Assembly (NCBI GenBank): GCA_973851085.1
Contig: OZ316776.1
Span: 9,300,001 to 9,364,000, forward strand
Length of the DNA: 64,000 nucleotides
Reading direction: 5' to 3'
From: Ptychomitrium polyphyllum
Lineage: Eukaryota
Numbering within the stretch: position 1 is the stretch's first letter; each line of letters begins with the position of its first letter. The notes beneath the pieces were generated by a model. It made no database searches and had not been told where the DNA came from. It worked only from the letters and a program-made list of their open reading frames with translations. Positions 24,644 to 38,051 of the stretch are shown here, piece by piece. Both the position numbers and the translations under genes were made by a program.

Positions 24644-27600
24644 CTACATGTTGACGGTGTTGCCGGTGCCCTTCTCCTTGTGATCACCAAAGATACGCTT
24701 GCGGAAATCTTCCACCATCAAGGGAAGACCCTTCCGCAATGGAACCTTCGGCTCCCAGCCCAACAACTCCTTAGCCTTCGAGATGTCAGGTTTACGCTTG
24801 TGAGGGTCATCAGACGTGTTCTCCTTATACTCAATTGTTGCAGAAGGGTCAATCACTTCCTTCACAACCTGCACCATAACGACCATGCACTAATGTCGGC
24901 TTTGCATTGACAGCATAGTTCCAGGGTTGATGGCTTTGTGAATTCCAGAATTAAAATTTTGAACTAATGAATTTTTTAAAGTATTTGTATGGCCATTGTG
25001 AAGGCAACGTCAGTAGCGATAGTAAATACCTCTGCAAGTTCCAACATAGTGAACTCGCCAGGATTTCCTAAATTGAAAGGTCCAACATGTTCGCCTTCCA
25101 TCAACCTCATAAGGCCCTCCACCTAGAATCCACACCACATTGTTAAAGACATAATTCATGTAAGCCTCAAAAGTACATAACACGCGAAGACCAGGAGTAA
25201 TAGTTCCAGTAAAAGGAGAACACCTACAGAGATGCCCTCAAATATACATGACTTTTAATAAATACACATTCTAACAAAATATGATGATTGAATAGAATTA
25301 TAAATACTATCTATGCAAGCTTTAGCAACTTGAGCTAGCACAGACTAAAACATCTAGAAAGGTTCCAACTACAAACACAGTTTCAACACAAAGACACGTA
25401 ACAAAGCACAATATAAATTACATCTCAAAGGCCATCCCTAACGTACCAGATCAGAAACATACTGAAAACTCCTCGTTTGCTTTCCGTCTCCATATACAGT
25501 CATCGGCTCTTTCCTCAGTGCCTGTGCATTTCGAAAAAAACAGTCAGACACAAAATTATGAAACCAAGAAGGAAGTGAAATAATCTATCCACTAATACAA
25601 ACACAGACAACTCCTGGTTCCTGGGTACATAAACCCGCAGGCTAACCTCGCACCTAATGAGCATATGAAGACATCACCTGCGCGACAAAGTTGCTAACAA
25701 CCCGGCCATCATCAATGCACATTCGCGGTCCATAGGTGTTGAAAATGCGAGCAATCCGAACCTGCACGACTCCAACCATCAGAACCAATGCAACTATACT
25801 ACAGTGACAACGAGAATCCAACAAGGACAAATCCCTCAGACCTTTAGCATTACATAACCATTCCACGAGCCAAGCATAAACCTGCTTAAAGACCTCTATT
25901 CTCCGCACGTTACAGAGCAAACGTATCTGCACCTGCACATCTGCGCCTCTGTGATAATCCATCGCCAGAGTCTCAGCAGTACGCTTCCCTTCATCGTAAC
26001 AACTCCGTACACCTGCACATTACCCAGCAACCCCTGTCAAGAATCCTTCCACGCTCCCGAATAACATCGTGTACTCCTACCATCTGAAACAATGCCAAAT
26101 TGTTTTTCACTACGCCAACTACTACTTTCACCACAACGCCCAACCTGGTCAACAGGCACGAAGAAAGACCTATCCATCACACCTTCTGCAGCTTGGTTCC
26201 ATTTCAATACATTCGATCTACAATACACAACATTCATCCAAACCACTTATCAACAATGTTCAGTCGATCGTACCTATAGGGTTCACGTTTCCCCAGTATG
26301 TCTCTGTTCGCCCATCAAAGCCGCCACGCATCCAACCACCCCACACACAATCAATCAAAACACTGGTTCAGACATCCAAATATAAACCCAAACACCTGCA
26401 TTCGCCCAAACGAGCAGAAATCGACAGATCGACAACCGAGTGCTCACCTTTCTGAGGATGCTCTAAAGGGTCACCGTACACTTCACTCGTGCTCGTCAGC
26501 AAGAATCGTGCTCCAATCCGCTTCGCCAATCCAAGCATGTTCAAGGTCCCCACCACGTTGGTCTTGTAGGTGCAGGTCAAAGAAGTTACATCATACATAA
26601 TCACAAAATAACTATTTCATCACAAAGACTGTTCTCACGCATAAGTGAAGACTTTCGTTCACAGTAACCGCTACCCGTACATTGGAGCTGACGTCAATCG
26701 TTTCTACCAGGTACTTCACTGTCAAACTCGACCTTGACAACACGCACCATCATCTAACATATACATAGCGACAATGTTTCATTACCATTTGGGACTTGAT
26801 TGCCTAGTGAGAAATCGAGATCAAATTACTGTACACAACGAATTACCAAGATAACAATGGATGCGAACTAAACTACATGATCCCAGGATGATAAGGAGAG
26901 AAGGGCTCGTTGACCGAAAAGCAGGGAAGTGTGATACTACATGTATACATGATGACACATTCAACGGACAACAATGGACTAGCTAAACATACACCTCTCA
27001 GACTACAGCACAAACGCAATAGATGCAGCCTTGTCACGCAGTAAAGGCAAAATGAAAATCAGCTCGAAAGAAGACAGAGTAACCCTATCAAAATTCAAAA
27101 GAACAATTTATAAGACTACAACTAGTGAGGTAAAGCGACCCGCCTCATGACACAAGAAACAAACCTCAAACTTCACCCGAAGCGTGCGGTCTCATGAAAA
27201 GGATATGATCGTCTTGATGGGGTTGAACTTGTAGTGCACCGGCGAAGCAGGACATGCCAGATGATAAATCTGGTCCACCTCCAGCAGCAGCGGCTCCACC
27301 ACGTCGTGTCGTATCAGCTCGAACCGAGGATTCTCAAAGTGGTGCATCACATTCTCCTTCCTGCCCGTGAAGAAATTGTCCACCACTATCACACTGTCCC
27401 CTCGCTCGATCAGCCTGTCCACCAAGTGGCTCCCCACAAACCCTGCCCCGCCCGTCACCACGATGCGCAGCGCCTTCCTCTGCAAACCCAGTGGGATCTT
27501 CCCCCCCATGTGGACGAGGGCCGACCTCTGCTGCCTGTAGGGTGCCTTTTCCAACGCCCTCTCCGTCCCAACATTGTAAGCTTGAAGAGCGCGAAACGAG

Positions 27601-27824
27601 GAGGAATCAGCTACACTGCTGTCCGGGCCGCGTGACACGGGTTGCAAGAATATGAAGAACAATGTGGTCATGGCCACCCCGATCAAGACGAACATAAACC
27701 GCTGCTCTCGAAGCACATACTCCACTGACTTGGACAGCGACCACTGCTTCTGCGGCTTGGGCGTGTACAGCTCATTCTCGGGCGCCATCTCCACCCGACG
27801 GTGGTTCAAGCTCGCGTTCATCAT
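24644..27824 (-). CDS. UXS: UDP-glucuronic acid decarboxylase / UDP-xylose synthase, membrane-anchored, copy A; complement(join(24644..24868,25030..25122,25447..25521,25678..25761,25933..26012,26274..26303,26448..26565,27207..27824)), ~440 aa
   Basis: N-terminal TM anchor; [13 protein letters not shown]ossmann motif; [30 protein letters not shown] (YxxxK), [10 protein letters not shown] and [10 protein letters not shown] motifs. Exon phases are consistent; intron 1 is AT-AC. Confidence 0.96.
25441..27494. repeat. Direct repeat copy 1 of a ~2054 bp near-identical tract (partner 30101..32154)
   Basis: Sequence matches at an offset of 4660 through exons and introns. The only mismatch I found by eye is 25849 A vs 30509 T. 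Confidence 0.95.
26566..27206 (-). other. U12-type (minor spliceosome) AT-AC intron, UXS copy A intron 1
   Basis: 5' end ATATCCTTTT, branch-site-like TTCTTTGAC ~11 nt from the 3' end, terminal CCTAC. Removing it restores the conserved NPIKTI|KTNVVG. Confidence 0.92.
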
Positions 27825-29465
27825 CCTCTCGAATGAATACCCGAAAACACACACCAACAAGAAGAAACTCAAATTCCGTTAAGAAACCCCTCTCCACAGA
27901 AATCAATTAGGAGCTCTCGATCGCCGGTGACCTCTACCCTACAGAGGACGTCTTCCTCTCTTCACAACCGGCCACTAAAACGTGACTCTGCGGACAGTGC
28001 AGTTAGATGTGGAAACGAGGCTGCAGAGGCGATCGAACTGTATGTGCACCCGGTTCAGGTCCGACCGGATCTGGGAAAAGTGAAAAGCCTGCGAAACCTG
28101 ACAGCTGCAGCCTGCAGACAAACAGAGCCGGCTCAGGGCGGACCTGAATGAGCTGAAAGAACTTCTTGGCGCAGTCTGGACTGATGAACCTGGGCCGCTT
28201 GCTCGCCATAGCCACGAAACTTGGGGCAACTTGTACTCGTCGTCAGAGTGTCAGCGCCTGGCGAATCATCAAAGCTGTCAACTTTGATCACCGAGATTAT
28301 TGCACAACTCGATCATTGTTGTACGCCAACAGTGTTGCATGTTCCGCAGCATCATAAATCGATGTAACGGAGTTGAAATCATACCTCGGGGAGGTCGCGG
28401 TCGTCGTCAATTTCAATTATTTCACTTCTGTTTGCCTCATGCCGTACTCGGAAGTTGGTGACATGCGGCTCGCTCACTGCTTCTGTATGAATTTTTTAAA
28501 TGTTGGGTTTTGAGTGCATGCAAAGTAAGAATTCTTAGAAAATGTGGTGGGCACTGAACGGATCTAACCGTCTGGACGAACTCGTGAATCATGCTAATGC
28601 TATGGACTGAATAGTTCAATGCTCTATGATTGCCTCTAAAACATGCTTACATGATGGAAATTAGGTGCTTACTAATTAGTTAGCCAGCGAGGATGTGCTA
28701 CAGTTACAGGTGACTCTTAGTGCACTTTTCCCGCAAGGTTCTTCCTTTCCTTCCAAATTCCACGCGCTTTCGACTTCCAGTTCATTTGGCAGGTACGCAG
28801 TACGCTCTCTATTTCAGGTGCCTGCTTCGAAAGGAATAAACAAAAAAATCAAGTGCAGAAAGATCAATAGATGGGTACAACCAACCTGGTAAAAAGTAAG
28901 GGTCGCTGGTAACAGTACCTCTATTTCCGTTTCTTCACCTCACATACCAATGATAGACTGGATTCAGACCGGGCAAACAAAATGTAACATGTTGATTTCC
29001 TTGAAAAATAAAGAGAACTTTCTCATAAAAATTCTATGCAGTACAATCTCCATATTCAAGAATATCAACGCCAGCACCCACGAAGTGAGATATCTTTTCA
29101 TAATACTACATCGATAGCTGGAAAAATTCCATACCTACACAGTTCATGCTATGAACGGCGAACGCTCTCTACTGGAAATTCCTCGCGTGACTTTGACCAG
29201 GTACAGTTAAGCAATTGAGGAGTAAATAGTGATCAGCGGAAATTTACCGTAATCCTATATCTATCGATTTTAATCAGCTCAAGCGTAATTTCTGGTTGCG
29301 TCAGTCAACTGAGACTCAATCATACCTAAAATCTACTGCTACAAGGGGTGGTAGCATTGCCCGCTAATTCACTCTAATTATCTCAGACATGGAACGCTGA
29401 CAGAAAACCCACTCAACACCCACTATAACACAATCTTATAACGCTTCGTTCTGCTTGGCTAATTC

Positions 29466-32400
29466 CTAAACGTCTTTGTGATCACCAAAGATACGTTTAC
29501 GGAAATCTTCCACCATCAAGGGAAGACCCTTCCTCAATGGAACCTTCGGCTCCCATCCCAACAACTCCTTGGCCTTTGAAATGTCAGGCTTGCGCTTGTG
29601 TGGATCATCGGACGTATTCTCCTTATACTCAATTGTTGCACTAGGGTCAATCACTTCCTTCACCACCTGCATGGGACCACGTAATAAGGCCTAACCCATC
29701 GAAACAGCAACAAATAAACTACCATGTAAAGGGGGAAAATGTTCACGGACTTCGGTCTACATATCTAAAGTATGTACATTGAATACTAACCTGAAGAAGA
29801 AAGTAACACCCAAATGAATGGTAAGAGATCATGAGTAAGACACTAACCTCTGCAAGCTCAAGCATGGTAAACTCGCCAGGATTTCCTAGATTGAAAGGCC
29901 CAACATGCTCGCCTTCCATCAACCTCATAAGGCCTTCAACCTGCAAGCCCACAGCATATTGTCACCTTTCAACTTGCACAAAGAAAACTGAAAGCAAACC
30001 AGGAAACAAAATTCGAACTCACGGAATACATCACTAAAGTGACATCCAAATCACCATCAGAACCAAGAATTCTCCACTAAAAGAATCAACAAATATCTCC
30101 ACGTACCAGATCAGAAACATACTGAAAACTCCTCGTTTGCTTTCCGTCTCCATATACAGTCATCGGCTCTTTCCTCAGTGCCTGTGCATTTCGAAAAAAA
30201 CAGTCAGACACAAAATTATGAAACCAAGAAGGAAGTGAAATAATCTATCCACTAATACAAACACAGACAACTCCTGGTTCCTGGGTACATAAACCCGCAG
30301 GCTAACCTCGCACCTAATGAGCATATGAAGACATCACCTGCGCGACAAAGTTGCTAACAACCCGGCCATCATCAATGCACATTCGCGGTCCATAGGTGTT
30401 GAAAATGCGAGCAATCCGAACCTGCACGACTCCAACCATCAGAACCAATGCAACTATACTACAGTGACAACGAGAATCCAACAAGGACAAATCCCTCAGA
30501 CCTTTAGCTTTACATAACCATTCCACGAGCCAAGCATAAACCTGCTTAAAGACCTCTATTCTCCGCACGTTACAGAGCAAACGTATCTGCACCTGCACAT
30601 CTGCGCCTCTGTGATAATCCATCGCCAGAGTCTCAGCAGTACGCTTCCCTTCATCGTAACAACTCCGTACACCTGCACATTACCCAGCAACCCCTGTCAA
30701 GAATCCTTCCACGCTCCCGAATAACATCGTGTACTCCTACCATCTGAAACAATGCCAAATTGTTTTTCACTACGCCAACTACTACTTTCACCACAACGCC
30801 CAACCTGGTCAACAGGCACGAAGAAAGACCTATCCATCACACCTTCTGCAGCTTGGTTCCATTTCAATACATTCGATCTACAATACACAACATTCATCCA
30901 AACCACTTATCAACAATGTTCAGTCGATCGTACCTATAGGGTTCACGTTTCCCCAGTATGTCTCTGTTCGCCCATCAAAGCCGCCACGCATCCAACCACC
31001 CCACACACAATCAATCAAAACACTGGTTCAGACATCCAAATATAAACCCAAACACCTGCATTCGCCCAAACGAGCAGAAATCGACAGATCGACAACCGAG
31101 TGCTCACCTTTCTGAGGATGCTCTAAAGGGTCACCGTACACTTCACTCGTGCTCGTCAGCAAGAATCGTGCTCCAATCCGCTTCGCCAATCCAAGCATGT
31201 TCAAGGTCCCCACCACGTTGGTCTTGTAGGTGCAGGTCAAAGAAGTTACATCATACATAATCACAAAATAACTATTTCATCACAAAGACTGTTCTCACGC
31301 ATAAGTGAAGACTTTCGTTCACAGTAACCGCTACCCGTACATTGGAGCTGACGTCAATCGTTTCTACCAGGTACTTCACTGTCAAACTCGACCTTGACAA
31401 CACGCACCATCATCTAACATATACATAGCGACAATGTTTCATTACCATTTGGGACTTGATTGCCTAGTGAGAAATCGAGATCAAATTACTGTACACAACG
31501 AATTACCAAGATAACAATGGATGCGAACTAAACTACATGATCCCAGGATGATAAGGAGAGAAGGGCTCGTTGACCGAAAAGCAGGGAAGTGTGATACTAC
31601 ATGTATACATGATGACACATTCAACGGACAACAATGGACTAGCTAAACATACACCTCTCAGACTACAGCACAAACGCAATAGATGCAGCCTTGTCACGCA
31701 GTAAAGGCAAAATGAAAATCAGCTCGAAAGAAGACAGAGTAACCCTATCAAAATTCAAAAGAACAATTTATAAGACTACAACTAGTGAGGTAAAGCGACC
31801 CGCCTCATGACACAAGAAACAAACCTCAAACTTCACCCGAAGCGTGCGGTCTCATGAAAAGGATATGATCGTCTTGATGGGGTTGAACTTGTAGTGCACC
31901 GGCGAAGCAGGACATGCCAGATGATAAATCTGGTCCACCTCCAGCAGCAGCGGCTCCACCACGTCGTGTCGTATCAGCTCGAACCGAGGATTCTCAAAGT
32001 GGTGCATCACATTCTCCTTCCTGCCCGTGAAGAAATTGTCCACCACTATCACACTGTCCCCTCGCTCGATCAGCCTGTCCACCAAGTGGCTCCCCACAAA
32101 CCCTGCCCCGCCCGTCACCACGATGCGCAGCGCCTTCCTCTGCAAACCCAGTGGAATTTTTCCTCCGAATCCAACAACCGCCGCCTGCTGCTGCCGGTAC
32201 GGTGCAGTCCCAAACCCCTTCATTCCTCCCAGCGATTCTTTAATATCATAACCATGAACACCCGCTGACGAATGCCTATAAGTCCGCGCGAACCGCAGCT
32301 CCGGCTGCAAAAACAAGAAGAAGAGGGTAGTAATCGCCACCCCGATCAAGACGAACATAAACCGCTGCTCTCGAAGCACATACTCCACTGACTTGGACAG

Positions 32401-32487
32401 CGACCACTGCTTCTGCGGCTTGGGCGTGTACAGCTCATTCTCGGGCGCCAGCTCCCCCCGCCGGTGGTTCAAACTTGAGTTCATCAT
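29466..32487 (-). CDS. UXS: UDP-glucuronic acid decarboxylase / UDP-xylose synthase, copy B; complement(join(29466..29666,29848..29940,30107..30181,30338..30421,30593..30672,30934..30963,31108..31225,31867..32487)), ~433 aa
   Basis: Same motifs and 8-exon structure as copy A, with a different luminal stem and C-terminal tail. Confidence 0.96.
30101..32154. repeat. Direct repeat copy 2 of the ~2054 bp near-identical tract (partner 25441..27494)
   Basis: See copy 1. Confidence 0.95.
31226..31866 (-). other. U12-type AT-AC intron, UXS copy B intron 1
   Basis: Identical to the copy A intron: ATATCCTTTT ... TTCTTTGAC ... CTAC. Confidence 0.92.
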
Positions 32488-35400
32488 CCTAACCTTCAAG
32501 CCCCAAAACCCAGACAATCACGCACCCAGTCCCGATCCGCAAGACGGGATGCAAAGGTGCTAAGCGGGATGCGGGATGCCGGATACACTGAGTGTATACC
32601 CACTGCAGTCAGAAGTTACGGAGACAGGTGACCTTCCTGGCTCTCGCCGCAGCTCCACGCTCCAGCTCGTGACCCGCGCAGACGAAGGCGCAGGTAGAAT
32701 CTCGTGTTGGGAAGATACCTGCGCGGTCTGACACAGCTATGATGACGCTCAGAAAAGGCGCTGCGAGAAGGAAAGCGGGCGCAGCGCATGTTCCGACGCA
32801 CGCCGCTCGTGCAGGCAGTGGCACCGGAGCGACGCGATGCACAGCAGGTAACGTCCCTCTGCCGCGAGGGTTATGTGCGACGAGCCTGCGATGGCTATGG
32901 CGACGATCACGAGGGCACGCGATGAGACTCCGTCAAAGCCAGCGCTTTCCTTGCAACGGAGTGAACGCTGCCTAGCCCTAACGGATGTACGCCCAACGCC
33001 GCCGGTGCACCCAAACCCGGCAAGATCTCTCGACCACGTACACTTCACTCGATGAAAGCTGCAAGAAGCGTAGATTTCGTGAAGACTACTTGCTGAGACA
33101 ACTGGTGGCTTTCTTCCAGCTATGTAGATTTCGTAAAATTTTATTGTGCGCGTCAGTTTTGGGCGCAGTGGCGGTAGCCACGTTTCTCTTTCTTTATACT
33201 TTAATTCTCTACTACTATACTTATATAAATAGTTCTGCGCATTTTGAATTTCTCAATATACTCAATTATCCTTGGGCACAAGGACGTGTGAAAGATTATT
33301 CGACTAAGTTTGAAATTGTTTTTACTGTGGGAACTTTTTTCCCTTCATAAAACTCTACTCAGGTTGCCTAGATGGTTTCAGATACAGTGACAATCCGGTG
33401 ATACAATGATAGTGATACAGGATTGTCACCATGTGTAGGTTCCACATTATGTGTGCCGCTTTTAGATATGAGGAAGGGAATTTTTTTTTTTAATGAAATT
33501 AACAGAAAAGGCAATAATACCTGTTCAAAATATGAAACGAGTCAATTTTTATTATGTGTTATACAATGATATATAAAATGTTATACAGACTTCTATAACT
33601 TGTATATATGACAACTTTTCAAATTATGTGATATTTTTATGAATATGATAAGTATGATAACGTTAAAGTTGTACCTCTGATAGCACCAAAAGCCTCCAGT
33701 TTGCATTCTCAGTATGCTACTAAGTGTACAGTTGGCTTTCATTAATAATGTGATACTTTACAAAGCATTGAAAATGCAATATTATTTGCTTACTTTTATT
33801 CATGTTTGAAGAAGGTAAAATGAACACCACCTTTTAATCATGAACATTGTTGCTAGCTTCAGTAGAAAGTGCAAATTGAATACAAAATACATTAAGCATA
33901 TAAATTTTAAGTAAATTAAGCAAGAGTATATTACAACAAATGACTCAAAGAATGTATAATTTGAATTTGGAGATGATTTTATATGATATTAAAATATCCT
34001 AATATATTATATTACTTTATTGAAAGTTACCATTTCTAAAATGCAATCATGTTTTTTTAAAACAAACCTTAGAATTTACAATTAAAATGCTAATCATCTT
34101 TGATTTTTTAGGAATATTTCTTGTACATGTGAATTAATCTTTTCATTCTTCTCACATGTTTAGTACCCACATTTTATGTTAATGCATATATAAAATATTT
34201 TTTTCAATTCTCAAGCTATTGTTTTTACTTGTACATATGCATGTTTGCATAGTACCTTCAGAGAGAAAACATACCGTAGGATTGGCATACTGATGATACT
34301 CATAGTAATTGCAAAAAAATTAACGTTGTTATTATGGAAGCCAATTTTGTGATCCATAAACAACACCAAAATCACTTACAGGTTCTTCGATACCAAAAAC
34401 CATTAATTGTGTTCATGGGAATCGCCTTCAATAAATTAGAATCCTTCCAGATCAACATCACAAAACTTAGCAAAATCTATACGCACTTTTTGCAATTCCA
34501 TGCATGCCATATAAGAAAAATCAAGGTACAGAAATGAGTGCCTCCTGACTTGCACTTTGACACGGAGTATTCCACAAAATCATTATTTTTAACTCATGTT
34601 TTTCTGTGATCTTGCTGTTGGGTAAAAAAGTCAATATTGATCAACGTTGGTCACTTTCAGTTCACACCTTCCTGTATGCAAATCAACCGAGGCGCACGGT
34701 TATAGCACCCGTACCTTACACCGGGCAACTTTGCCGCCTGCCACCGTGAACCTGGTAGTGTAGCATTGCCTCCCGCGGCCAGATCGGGAAGTGAAGGAAA
34801 CCTGACAGTCCGTCCAGACCACAATTCTAGCACGGTCATCCGTCCTCAAATACCAAACTAACTGCCAGTCCCCATTTCAGCTGAAAGTTTAACGGGTCAG
34901 CTCGGTGCCTCTTCAACGCCTCAAGGGGCACCCGACTTCACCCACGCAAGCTCCTCTGCCCCGGTAAATGCCCCCTGCAAACTTCGCATGGCGCCCTGCT
35001 CATTCACGGAATGTAGACCAGTTGATGCATCACTGAAACAATTTACTGCTGAAAGTGCCACCTGTCACATTCTCAGGCACCGAGTCAAGCTAAAACTACC
35101 TCAACATTTTCGTTGTTCTTTTAAGCCTCTGCTTCTTGCAGTGCCAGAACATTGCTGTGTCATGCAGTGGGGAAGACTGTTTTCTGAACCAGTGATTTGA
35201 TCCAAGAGGGATAAACCGGGAGCGGGACCTGGAAAATCATATAAAGAAGAGATCAAGAGGAGGCTGGTAAGGTGTGCACCGAGCAGTGTGGCGCAAGCAT
35301 TGAAGGAGGCAAGCAGAACAGACATTGTAGCAGAGGTGGTGAATTTGCAAATTCGATTACTTGCAGTTGTCCATTGGTTGTCCATTGCTGCTTAGATGTG

Positions 35401-38051
35401 GAGATGATGAATGATCAGGCGCTGACTCTTCAAAATTCCAAGTTTGGCCATGTAAGATGAGTCAGACTTGCACCAAATTATGGTGACAATGGGTCAAGTG
35501 CCTGTTTCTTCTTGTTCTTGGTCAGTCAGTTGCGTGAACATGAGTGGCTTTGGCTCACTTGTTATGAGGTGGGATTATTATGATGAGGTCTAGATGAGGT
35601 GAGCCTGTGTGTCTGGAATTAATGAGCGTGTGGCGTCGTCAATCAGCCTGGTGAGTTCGCTATGAAGTACCCTCCTAAAGCAGGTTTTCTGACTCACTGG
35701 TATTTCGTGATGCACCTGGTTGTTCCAAACAACGGACTTTGAGGCACCCTCCCGGGCATCCTTGAGTGTAGGATGTTGTTCAGCATCTAAAGTGCGTGTA
35801 TGACCGTGACCCGTGCGTGTTGAGATGTATAATACAGCAATTTTGCTGTGTTGAGTACAAACTGCGAAAGAATACTGGCAGGAAGAACACTTTTTGCAGT
35901 TCTTGGAACTATTTATTTATTAAGAGGTATTCTTGCATCAACCTCAAACCCACTGTCTGCCACGTCTGTCACCTTGAATAGTGGATGAAGTGGGTTGCCA
36001 ATATAGGAGCGTCTGTGTTATTATGATTCAGTTTTCTGAGAATTAAATCCTTAACTACTCAGTACTGTAGTAGTCAACAACTGGACAGCGCTGTGCTTCC
36101 TTGGTGAAGCAAACATTGTGGATTGAAACCTTCACAAACCAGGCTGTCAGTAAGAAGATCTGACGATGGTCTGTTTCCGATGTCACTGCCAAGTACACAT
36201 ACAGATCGACATTAGAAAAAATCGAGTGAAATATTCTGAGCACGATTAACCAGAGGACCTGATCGCTTACATGTCCAGGAGGCTTATTGTGACGTAGAGT
36301 ACTTACACAGTTTGACCAGCTTCAGAGACTAAACATAATCAACTTCAATTGTTCACCATTCAATTTACTAACATGTATTTTAGCACCCCATGTGGCGATG
36401 AGTGACGAGGTTCTCTCCAGAAGCCCTTCTCGAGTCTCCAGAGTCGAGTAGGGACATGAAGTCATTTATTTGGGCACCTGCCAGCATGAGCTTGATTTTT
36501 CATGCATCTTGTCATCATTGTGCTTCTACGCCTCGATATCTTCAGCATAATGTCTTGCTTGCAACCAGGCAAGTTTTGAAGTTAGGCGGAAACTGTACTA
36601 TATTTTACTACAGTAACATCTTCTTAACTCAAGTACAGTCTATGTTACCGCTCTTGATCTATAGTAACTATGGTACTAGTGATAGCATATTTCATTTTTA
36701 TAAAATTTGATTTTGTAATTATTAAACTAAAAATTTATTTATTTTGTTTCTGGAGTGAAAGAATGTCCACGGAACGCTGCCCCTCAGTATGGGAACAAGT
36801 GTCGCCGTGCAGACAAGAGCCTGGGTGACCCATGCGTACAACCAGGCGATATATTATGATTTTTGTTTTTTTCGCAATAAATTCCTCAATTTTATACGTT
36901 GTAAGAAGAGTGTTGCCATACTATACCGAACAACTCCGGCGCAGCCTGCAATTTGCATCCCTCCGTCGTTGCAACCAGCTGGGACCACCAAACACTGAAG
37001 CGTTTTGTCGTCGGTGTTGTTGCGTCAGCACGCTCTGAATGCAATTGTTTACTTTGTGGGGTGCTTGGTTCGAGAGACCAGTTTGATTAGCATGTTGCTT
37101 GTGACGAAGTTGTAGCTAGAGCTCGTTTCCTTCGCAGTCTGACGCCCGTGGAGTCCATTCTTTGAGAAGACCAATAACTCGGCCTTTGAGAGATTGTAGA
37201 GCTGAGTTCATGCTAACGAAAAGTTGTCGTGACTCAAATGTATTAGCTCTAGAGAAGGGAGCGTTTCCTCTCTTGAGATGGTGGGTGTACGACTAGCAAG
37301 AGAGGTAGACTTTAGATGTGGGTATGCCATTGGTTTTCAGAAAAGCCACAGGGGATGTGTAATTCTGAGCGAGGTTCATTTCTGTCAACATTTGAATTGT
37401 GCTTGCGGACCAAGCAGGCTTTCACTTGATCCGTTTAGTTGATTGCTCGGTGAGTGTGGAATCAGTTCGTTGTTTTTGCTTTACTTCAGGGCTCTCTAAT
37501 CGAAGCTGTTCTCGTTCATGGAAACGTCTTATGTTTGGTGAAGACTGCGTGTTTGCATCCTTTTGATTTCCAAGCTTTGAAATGGAAGCAAACGATACTT
37601 TGTTGGAAATCTTGCTCCTCATTTCCATTTGATCTTTCTAGCAATGGAAATGTCTTTCCAACTTTAGTGCTTAGACAGTTGTGTGTTCTGTCAATTTGTT
37701 CTGTTAGAGTAATTGTTGTTATCGGTTTTCGAATGTAAGCCAGTGGACAAGAGGTTTTCTTGGATCATTTGTGAAAGCAACCATCTTGTCTACTTGAGTT
37801 CAGGCATCGGAAACATGTTCTCACACCGATGTCCTCTGTTCTCTTCTGACCAGATCAAATGAGCAGCGTTCTTTCACTGTAGTAGACAAAATCTTCAGCA
37901 TTGAGGTAAACCCACTATCACACTAATTATCCCGTGCTTTTGCAATGCCGCGCAATTCAATTCATCTGCTTTTTGCCATGATGTGTACAAACCCTGGATA
38001 TTGCTGTACCACCACCGCCAGGTTCCGAATTAGACTGGGAATCATTTCAGA

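Noticed and set aside
27192..27206. UXS exon 1 ending in 'ISFS*' as a sign of pseudogenisation
   Set aside because: Explained by read-through into the AT-AC intron; the spliced frame is intact.
25654..31264. Duplicated ORF-track entries (e.g. 26069..26455 and 30729..31115 on +) as separate small genes
   Set aside because: They are antisense or intron read-through frames inside the UXS near-identical tract.
33387..33429. 10-bp inverted repeat GTGACAATCC/GGATTGTCAC
   Set aside because: Too short and without a target-site duplication, so it cannot be called a MITE.
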